20,000 nucleotides of DNA, from IMG/VR virus record IMGVR_UViG_3300044996_000613. The stretch is one strand, 5' to 3'. Shown piece after piece: positions 13,321 through 20,000 of this stretch. The notes beneath the pieces are model-generated. The model was not told where the DNA came from. It did no database searches and was given only the letters and a program-made list of their open reading frames with translations. Positions within the stretch are counted from its first letter, which is position 1. Each line of letters begins with the position of its first letter. The translations under genes were made by a program, and so were the position numbers. This stretch comes from an uncultured virus (IMG/VR IMGVR_UViG_3300044996_000613). Taxonomy: Duplodnaviria > Heunggongvirae > Uroviricota > Caudoviricetes.

Positions 13321-16300
13321 CTATCCTTGCCCGGACTTCTGCTTGAGATCGGTGGGCAATTCCCAGAAGTCCCTCTTTGGCGCCTCGTACAAGTCCGAGT
13401 CTGGTGGGTCGTGTCGAGTGATCTGGTGGTAGTCGGACCCCCACAGCTTCCCATCAAACGAGTAGTAGATGCGCGGGATGACGGGGGATGCTGTACTTGC
13501 TATGTGGTCTCCAGGATCAACTGTTCTCTCTTCCCTGTCCATGCGAGATAGCGCTACATCGTAAAGCTCTCTGTCTACAGTCAGCAGGGCAATTCGGTCG
13601 GACGAGATCAACAGCTTGGGCTTATGTGGAGGTGTAAACGGAATGTGCTCCAACCCGTCCTCAACCGGAGGGGGTTTCTTGTCCACCTCGTAACTGGCGG
13701 GCTGATCGGTACGAACAACCCCACCACTACCGTACTGTCGCTTGTCCGCTGTGTCCCATAGGTACGGTTTCTCCTTGGCGGAGCCTGGGCCGGGGTCCTC
13801 GTCGAATATCTGCTGATAATCGACATCGGCCTGGACGACCGGACGCTCACCCGCCCAGATACCAGCCCCGTTCATGCGGTAGGTTGTGAAGATGAGGCCT
13901 TCTTGCGCCCCGGTGCTGAAGTTCTCTGTGTACAGCCCTCCAGCCAACCAGATACGAGACCGGCTATCGTCGTAGGCGGCATCCACGTACTCCAACTCGA
14001 CGTAGTGGCAATCGTCCGTAAATGAGTTGCCGCAGGCACGGCATACAAACGTCCCTACAATATGCCGGCCTTCGTCGATGTCGGTGCAGAACAACTCGTA
14101 GGCACCGCACTCGGGGCATCGGGTATCGTCGTCTAGGGGGCCCCAGTAGGTCCTCATCGCCAGCTTCAGTGCGGTCATCTCCGGCGACACTCTCATGAGC
14201 AGGTCGTAGACGATGATGGCCACTTGGCGCCGCGATAACACCGACACCTCGTCGTACACATAGGCGGTACACGCCTCCGCCCACTCGTCCCAGTCATCAT
14301 CAGATGGGGGGGCATCTTTGGGCCCTCTCGACTCCTGAGGGTTGGGGTTATTGGCGCTGTAAGCACGATAGGCGGTGACAACCTGTCCGTAGTACCGCCC
14401 GAAGTCACCTGGCAGCATCGGCGGCCCACAGCGTGCAATGACTGGAGGCTCATCTTCTACCTGGGCGCTCAGCGAGTCGGCGAGACTGTCCTGATCGTTG
14501 ATGGTCCCCTCAACCACATTAGCCTCATGGTCAGATGGCTTAGCCAGATTCCCCTTTGCATCCAGAGGGCTCAGATAGGTAGCCAGGGCTGGCCCTAGAG
14601 CACTTGCTGGGAGCTTGACCATCTTGACCGGAGTCCTGGCCGGATAGGCGCTCACGTAGCACTGAATGGCCGGCTTGGTCGAACACCGCCCAGGTGCTTG
14701 CTTGATGGGGGCCCCACGGACCCTTAGGTAGACAGGGGCGCCAGGTATGATTGTAGCGTCGTACTCCTGAAATGCCGATCCGTGATAGGCGGGGACCCTA
14801 CCAGGTTCTTCCATCGTATTGTAGACGATGTAGACATCCCCGTCACGGTAGAACGCTGTCGGGTTGTAGCCTTGGTCGATGTCGGAGGCCATGAGCTTTG
14901 GCCCCTCAAATACTCCCGTCTCGATCAGCGGGCTGTACCCCTTGGCAGGATTGAACAGGCTATATGGCAGCACCCTCAAGAAGATGTGCGGGACCGGGAT
15001 ATACTCGTCGGGGTGGCCTTCCTTGGGGGACGACTGGCCAACCACCCGGCTCACATCTCCCTCACTCTCGTCGTATCTACAGAGCACTTCCTTGTCCCCC
15101 ACCAACAGCACCAGTTCGTTCTCCAGAATCGGGATAGGATAGACATGGCGCCAATCCTGGGTGCGGCGTAGCTCTGGGTCGGAGAAAATCTCCTGCCCCT
15201 CGACCGGAACCGACAGCGGCGCGCCACGGTTGTGCTTGCCGTCTCCGGGCTCGTGAGTGAATAGGTCTAACTCTTCGCTTGGTATGAAGGCTTGGGCGCC
15301 AGTCCCCATCACACGCAACCGGCCGCGCGGTGCGAACAGTTCATTCTTCTTTATCAGTTGGACGTAGGGCACGTACTGCCCCTGCCCCACATGCTGGTCC
15401 CAGACAAGGGCAGCATACTCATCGCTCTCGTCAGACGTGATCTGGATGCTGCGGGCCCCGAAGTCGGCTGCCCGATGGACACGATTAGGATTGGCAGCCC
15501 ACCCGCTGTGTTCCTTATTCTCTGTGAGTATGTAGGTGCGTCCCTGTCGATCCCGGTACTCGCGCCCCTCCTTGTACCCCTCAACCACATACTGATCTTC
15601 TACACCCCGAACGTGCATGTTGATGTTGGGTTGGAACATCCAGCGCTTGCTGTGTGGCCAGGCAATGACCACCTCGCCGCGTGGGTCTATGTAGCCCGAC
15701 ACTGCCGGTACAGCACCAAACCTGCTCTCGACCACCCGCTCCTCCCAGTAGGTCTTGGTGCCGTTGGGGAGCGTTGTCTCCAGCGTGCGCGGGTAGTTGT
15801 TGGCTAGAGTCAAGATGTGGCTATGCTTCTCCGCGTCGTACTGATGCCGAACGTATCTGGTTGGCTTCTCTTCGCTCCCACCTACTCCTCTGCTCTCCCG
15901 AGCCAGCCGACCCTTGGCGATGTTCAACTGGTTGATGGCCGTCCCGAAACCCTCCAACCCCATCATGGTGCCGATCAACCCACCACCAATGCTGAAGAGC
16001 ACAACACGATAAAACGCTCGCTGTAGCTCCTTCAACCCGATCAGGTATAGATCAATCGTGTGTTCGGCCTTGCCGGTCTCCACAGTGGCGCTGTCGGAGC
16101 CAATGTAGAAGTGTCGTGCCTCCACGTCGATCTGCCACTTCGACCGCATGTGGCGTCCCTTGGCATCCTCGCCCCCCATGTTGAAGTACCGCATGTTGAG
16201 AGGCTCGTCTACGGGGAGCGACTCGTTGAAAATCTGATCGGGTCTTGTCTTCCACTTGTAGACCACTTCTGGAGGGAAGTCCCACTCCCCAACAGGGTAG

Positions 16301-17574
16301 GCTGAACTGAGACGACTCCTGGAGTTCATGAATTGCCGTGGCGCCAGGAAGTCTGACTCCAACATGACCGGGGTCGGACGGTCGTCACTAAACCATGGAT
16401 CGTACCACCTCATCTGCGGCTGCAGCAAGGCCCTCAGGGTGATCTGACCACCCATGAGACCTCGTGGGTCGTAGTTCCGACCCCACTCTTCTATTCTGAT
16501 GAAGCCATAGCTATACTGCCAACCGTCCACTATCCAATGCCCCCCAGGTACGTTCGCCGCACGGATGAGTGTGTCCCAGGCATTGGCGCTGTAGACCTGC
16601 AAGGGGTTGGCTTCTGCCAGGGTCTGATGCAGAGGCGAGTGGCCGTAGTAGTACTCATAAGCCCTACCGGAGACGGTGGCCGGGGTGCTGTAGCGAGTGA
16701 CAAACGCATTGACGACTTGCTGGTCTCCATTGGCATCGGTGGATTCCAGTACCATCTTCAAGAACCTGTTGGCACTGTGATCCCCCCCAAAACCAACATC
16801 CTTGCGCCCCTCTTGAGCAGCATGGGCCCTACAGGCATCGCAGAGGTATAGGTATCCGTATGGTTGAGGGACCTCATCGTCTGATCCCTCGTAGATAAAA
16901 GCAACAGCACGATGCTCTGCGGGGGTGTAGCCGCCGAACATGAGCGCCGGGCCGTCGCAGTACCAGTGTTCCCTCCCCCACCACGGGCCCACCCACCAGT
17001 CCTTCATGCGCCCAAAGCTGACGCCGCCTTCGGGGTGAGGAGTAGCAAGTATCCACAGGCGCTCTGCGTAGGTCCCGGCATCGCGCTTGTACCACTCGGG
17101 GCAAAGCACGGTGTTGAACGTGAAGCGCTCGAAGGGTATAGAAGAAATCCACGAACGCCATCCGGCTGCTGTGTCGAAGTGCGTGCCATGGGGGACCTCC
17201 GAGCAAGCCAGCCCTTGCTCGGAGTCACCGAACCACAATGGGTAGTTCCCGGGGACCAGGCGATCTGCCACCACATCGGCCCGCCCGGTCCCGCTGTTGT
17301 CGCCACTTGCTCCCACATGGGCACTGATTGTGCTGTCAACGTAGAGGCCGGCACCGGGGAGCGCTGTGCGCTGCAGGTCGTATTCGGGCTGCCGGATGTC
17401 AACACCGTCGATGATCGGTGGGATGACCTGGCTGCGGTCTGGCCACATAACGATCCGGATGCGTACCTTCGTCTTCCCATTCCAGAAGCTGTTAGGCACG
17501 TTGATCCGCGTGAAGCGGCCATCCTCCTTCACGATGGTCCCCGGTACAGGAATGTAGCCGGTCAACCTCTTCAT
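13321..17574 (-). CDS. Large hypothetical (probable virion/tail) protein with C4 zinc ribbon
   Basis: ~1417-aa ORF between the tape-measure-like and hub-like genes. Start is ATG 17574 (GAGGT SD) or GTG 17586. Contains CPEC...CRAC at 14032-14118. No family recognised. Confidence 0.65.
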   Translation of the reverse strand: MKRLTGYIPVPGTIVKEDGRFTRINVPNSFWNGKTKVRIRIVMWPDRSQVIPPIIDGVDIRQPEYDLQRTALPGAGLYVDSTISAHVGASGDNSGTGRADVVADRLVPGNYPLWFGDSEQGLACSEVPHGTHFDTAAGWRSWISSIPFERFTFNTVLCPEWYKRDAGTYAERLWILATPHPEGGVSFGRMKDWWVGPWWGREHWYCDGPALMFGGYTPAEHRAVAFIYEGSDDEVPQPYGYLYLCDACRAHAAQEGRKDVGFGGDHSANRFLKMVLESTDANGDQQVVNAFVTRYSTPATVSGRAYEYYYGHSPLHQTLAEANPLQVYSANAWDTLIRAANVPGGHWIVDGWQYSYGFIRIEEWGRNYDPRGLMGGQITLRALLQPQMRWYDPWFSDDRPTPVMLESDFLAPRQFMNSRSRLSSAYPVGEWDFPPEVVYKWKTRPDQIFNESLPVDEPLNMRYFNMGGEDAKGRHMRSKWQIDVEARHFYIGSDSATVETGKAEHTIDLYLIGLKELQRAFYRVVLFSIGGGLIGTMMGLEGFGTAINQLNIAKGRLARESRGVGGSEEKPTRYVRHQYDAEKHSHILTLANNYPRTLETTLPNGTKTYWEERVVESRFGAVPAVSGYIDPRGEVVIAWPHSKRWMFQPNINMHVRGVEDQYVVEGYKEGREYRDRQGRTYILTENKEHSGWAANPNRVHRAADFGARSIQITSDESDEYAALVWDQHVGQGQYVPYVQLIKKNELFAPRGRLRVMGTGAQAFIPSEELDLFTHEPGDGKHNRGAPLSVPVEGQEIFSDPELRRTQDWRHVYPIPILENELVLLVGDKEVLCRYDESEGDVSRVVGQSSPKEGHPDEYIPVPHIFLRVLPYSLFNPAKGYSPLIETGVFEGPKLMASDIDQGYNPTAFYRDGDVYIVYNTMEEPGRVPAYHGSAFQEYDATIIPGAPVYLRVRGAPIKQAPGRCSTKPAIQCYVSAYPARTPVKMVKLPASALGPALATYLSPLDAKGNLAKPSDHEANVVEGTINDQDSLADSLSAQVEDEPPVIARCGPPMLPGDFGRYYGQVVTAYRAYSANNPNPQESRGPKDAPPSDDDWDEWAEACTAYVYDEVSVLSRRQVAIIVYDLLMRVSPEMTALKLAMRTYWGPLDDDTRCPECGAYELFCTDIDEGRHIVGTFVCRACGNSFTDDCHYVELEYVDAAYDDSRSRIWLAGGLYTENFSTGAQEGLIFTTYRMNGAGIWAGERPVVQADVDYQQIFDEDPGPGSAKEKPYLWDTADKRQYGSGGVVRTDQPASYEVDKKPPPVEDGLEHIPFTPPHKPKLLISSDRIALLTVDRELYDVALSRMDREERTVDPGDHIASTASPVIPRIYYSFDGKLWGSDYHQITRHDPPDSDLYEAPKRDFWELPTDLKQKSGQG

Positions 17575-17586
17575 TGGGAACCTCAC

Positions 17587-19998
17587 CTACATCTGTGCCT
17601 CACCAGGATCAACCGAGGTCGGTCCGGCGATCCTCTTGCCTTGTGCGTCGAACCCTGTGATCTGCCCACCGAACCTACTAGCAGCCCTGAAGTCGTCGGT
17701 CATGAGCGTGCGCTGCTGGCCATCACGATTGACGACCGCAACGAACATCTTTGCGGCTTCCAGGTTCATCTGGCTTGTCTGAGCATCCTGCTGCGCGATC
17801 TGGCCGAGAGTCTGCAACACGGACTGCAGCATGCCCGACGCACTCTGCATGTTGCTACTAGTGGAGGGAAGCGGCTGTCGGATCATCTCAGACATGCCGG
17901 CCTGGCCACCCCAGAAACCAGAGGTCTGGTACCAACCCTGGTAGCCCGACCACATGGAAGCAGTGGCCGGAGCCCACTGGGACAAATACGACATGGGCAT
18001 GGCTGTCTGTCTGCCTCCGGCTCCCATGAAGATCGGAGACATCTCGACGCCGTTGCCCATCATGAAGTTGTATCTTTCCGGCCCCATCATGTACTGCATC
18101 CACTCGTCGCCTACGCCATAGGCAGCCGAGAGGACCTTCTCTTCGACATCGCCACGACGCGGGGGCTGCCAGTTGGCCATCTGCCCCGCCCTCAAGACGC
18201 CCTCCACTGCAGAGCGCGATTCTGCGGGGAGGCTCGCCATGATCTGGCGGTAGGACGCCATGTCGCCAGATGTAGCGGCCTGGATGGCCCGGATGGCTCC
18301 CCCCGCCGCCGCGTTGCCTCGCCCGTACTGGGAGTACAAGGACTGGAGACCGCTCGTGGCTATCTGTTGTGCCTGTTGCGCCGCCTGACGCTGCATGGCG
18401 AACGGGGTCTCTGCTGCCCCAGGAGCCATTCTCCCCATCATGATGTTGGCCCACTGCGCCGATGTGACCTCCCCAACTTGGAATCGGCCGGTTGGGCCCA
18501 CACCACCTACAGCAGCCGTAATCGCCTCTGCTGCCCTCTGGTGGGTCCCCAAGACCTCAGCAGCTTCGGACATGTGCATGAGGCGACGAGCCTCCGCCAC
18601 CCTCACAGCGGACCATTGCTGAACCGCATCTCGGAGGTGGGCGGGTACGCGCTCAATCAGGGCCGCCCATTCTCCGGTACCGAACTTGTTGAGGTTCATC
18701 GCAGCATCGAGCATCGCATGCCCAAGCTGACTCACCTGCGGATTGAGCGTGTTGCTCGCCCATTCGCCAAACTGCTTGAACGACTCGTCCATGGTTCGTC
18801 TGAACGCTGTCTGGGCCGTCTGTGACTGCTCCTGGGCGAGACGGCCGCCGCCCATGCCGATGTACGACCCCATCCCCATGCGATTGATGGCGGCCTCAGT
18901 GAAGCCCATCCTTGCCATCGGACCAAGGCCGGTTTCCGGCATGTCGCGCATACCCCACCACATATAGCGGCGGTCGGCGGCGCCGGTGGGCCCCAGCCCG
19001 GAGAAATCGGATAGACCTAGAGACCTAAGCTGAGTCCTGGGCCCCAAAGCACCCATGAGGAGGCGGGGGGCCTCACGCCGAAACTCAGTGAGGGCGTTGC
19101 CGAGGTTCTTGGCGACCTCTTCACTAATAGCTCGTTGTGAGGCGACCATAGCTCTCGCCAAGTTGCGAGTGTGGTCGCGCATCGCCGCAGAACGAGTATA
19201 GGTCCCCTGGTATGGGGCGGCACCGGCGATACTATTACTCTGGCCGATGGGCAATTGATCGACAGCGTTGCCAATCTCAAGTGCCCCTCCCTTGCCCCGA
19301 TCAAACCTGGACAGCCCAGCCAACCTTCCGGCTACACCTCCGATGGCTGACCCCCACACCATCGGGGCGAACCCTTGCATTCCGGGGATAAGCAGGGTAG
19401 CCGCCATGGCCCCGGCCGTAAGACCACCAGCAAGGGCTGTAGCGCCTCTGCGTCCCATGCCAAGACCAGTTAGGATTTGCTGGAGGCCAAGGGACTGTGA
19501 GAAGGCCTCAAAGCCATGGGCGCCCTTGCGCCACGCATACTTCTTGCTTATGTACCTATCGGCCTCTGCGACATTTGCCTGCTGCTGCTGCAGGTAGTAT
19601 TGGATGGCACCAGCACCGACCCCGCCGAGGGCCCCGCCGACACCACCCATACGGCCAAAAACTCCGGCTGCCCCACCAGCAAATGGTGCTCCGAAGAATG
19701 GAGTCGATGCTGCGCCCGACGCCGCAGTACCAAAACCTATTGCCCGCCCTCCATGGGCAAGACCAAGCGATCCCAGCGCACCTATACCAGCCCCAGCAAC
19801 GCCCCTCCATGCGTAGGTTTTGGCCACATCCCACGCGCTAGGAGGGCTGAACTCACCGGGGCGCATCCTAGCTAATTCTCTTCGTCTCGTCAGTTCTTCA
19901 CCAGCCGAGGCAAAGCCACCAAAGGCACCAATAGCTGTACCACTAGCGACCGTCCCCCACAGTGCCCCCCCCGCTAGTGGTTGTCGGCCAACAGCGGT
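17587..19998 (-). CDS. Tape-measure-like protein, C-terminal part (5'-truncated by the window edge)
   Basis: The frame stays open 44 codons upstream of ATG 19866 to the window edge (TAVGRQPLAGGALWGTVASG...RRRELAR-MRP). Ala/Gly/Met/Gln-rich, helical-looking, with Gly-rich hydrophobic GxxxG stretches. Located upstream of the hub/fibre genes. Confidence 0.7.
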   Translation of the reverse strand, partial: TAVGRQPLAGGALWGTVASGTAIGAFGGFASAGEELTRRRELARMRPGEFSPPSAWDVAKTYAWRGVAGAGIGALGSLGLAHGGRAIGFGTAASGAASTPFFGAPFAGGAAGVFGRMGGVGGALGGVGAGAIQYYLQQQQANVAEADRYISKKYAWRKGAHGFEAFSQSLGLQQILTGLGMGRRGATALAGGLTAGAMAATLLIPGMQGFAPMVWGSAIGGVAGRLAGLSRFDRGKGGALEIGNAVDQLPIGQSNSIAGAAPYQGTYTRSAAMRDHTRNLARAMVASQRAISEEVAKNLGNALTEFRREAPRLLMGALGPRTQLRSLGLSDFSGLGPTGAADRRYMWWGMRDMPETGLGPMARMGFTEAAINRMGMGSYIGMGGGRLAQEQSQTAQTAFRRTMDESFKQFGEWASNTLNPQVSQLGHAMLDAAMNLNKFGTGEWAALIERVPAHLRDAVQQWSAVRVAEARRLMHMSEAAEVLGTHQRAAEAITAAVGGVGPTGRFQVGEVTSAQWANIMMGRMAPGAAETPFAMQRQAAQQAQQIATSGLQSLYSQYGRGNAAAGGAIRAIQAATSGDMASYRQIMASLPAESRSAVEGVLRAGQMANWQPPRRGDVEEKVLSAAYGVGDEWMQYMMGPERYNFMMGNGVEMSPIFMGAGGRQTAMPMSYLSQWAPATASMWSGYQGWYQTSGFWGGQAGMSEMIRQPLPSTSSNMQSASGMLQSVLQTLGQIAQQDAQTSQMNLEAAKMFVAVVNRDGQQRTLMTDDFRAASRFGGQITGFDAQGKRIAGPTSVDPGEAQM

Positions 19999-20000
19999 TT

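Larger units (their letters stand above)
1..20000 (-). mobile_element. Tailed phage or prophage segment: tail-tip module plus glycosylation cassette
   Basis: Ten co-oriented genes with gaps of 67 bp or less, and TMP/hub/fibre-like products. No host housekeeping genes, integrase or att site in the window, so free phage, prophage and tail-derived element cannot be distinguished. Confidence 0.75.

Noticed and set aside
13310..13444. Track start GTG 13444 for the hub-like gene
   Set aside because: It would overlap the upstream gene by 124 bp. ATG 13309 has an SD and follows the upstream stop.
16912..18825. 637-aa plus-strand ORF
   Set aside because: Antisense shadow of two in-frame minus-strand genes in GC-rich DNA; Arg/His/Pro-rich with no motifs.
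19864..19866. ATG 19866 as the start of the TMP-like gene
   Set aside because: The frame is open to the window edge with the same Gly/Ala-rich composition, and there is no clear SD.
19965..19972. C8/G8 homopolymer as a phase-variation or frameshift site
   Set aside because: Explained by Ala-Gly-Gly-Ala codons in a Gly-rich protein; the frame is intact.
1..20000. Genome-wide TAG recoding (alternative genetic code)
   Set aside because: ORFs of 1000-1700 aa are intact under the standard code, and TAGs fall at boundaries followed by SD plus start.
3312..20000. Contractile injection system or myophage baseplate
   Set aside because: No gp25-like, baseplate J/wedge, VgrG/PAAR spike or sheath core motifs were recognised; only sheath-like insertion domains. 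Cannot be excluded for genes outside the window.
1..20000. CRISPR array, tRNA/rRNA, IS element, integrase
   Set aside because: The window is almost entirely coding; no spaced direct repeats, RNA gene signatures or recombinase motifs were seen.

Overview
The window (roughly 60% GC by eye) is one tightly packed minus-strand operon that reads as the distal tail module of a tailed phage or prophage. In transcription order it encodes: a tape-measure-like protein (5'-truncated at the right edge), a ~1420-aa unknown with a Zn ribbon, a baseplate-hub/Tal-like protein, a small structural protein, an internally duplicated Dit/tube-like protein, and a 1682-aa multidomain fibre/receptor-binding protein. 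A glycosylation cassette follows with no visible terminator: a degenerate GT-B-like protein, a GT2 glycosyltransferase, an NAD-dependent sugar epimerase/dehydratase and the N-terminus of an HddA-like GHMP sugar kinase (1..85, missing from the ORF track). Three things stand out. (1) A sugar-biosynthesis plus transferase cassette is coupled to the tail genes, making it a candidate virion-glycosylation system, possibly heptose-based. (2) The 1682-aa protein appears to have a nested architecture of three split sheath-type beta-sandwich domains with carbohydrate-binding-type modules inserted. (3) That protein ends in a 66-aa segment with 23 Tyr, right before the transferase genes. All family calls are by-eye motif recognition; no searches were run.
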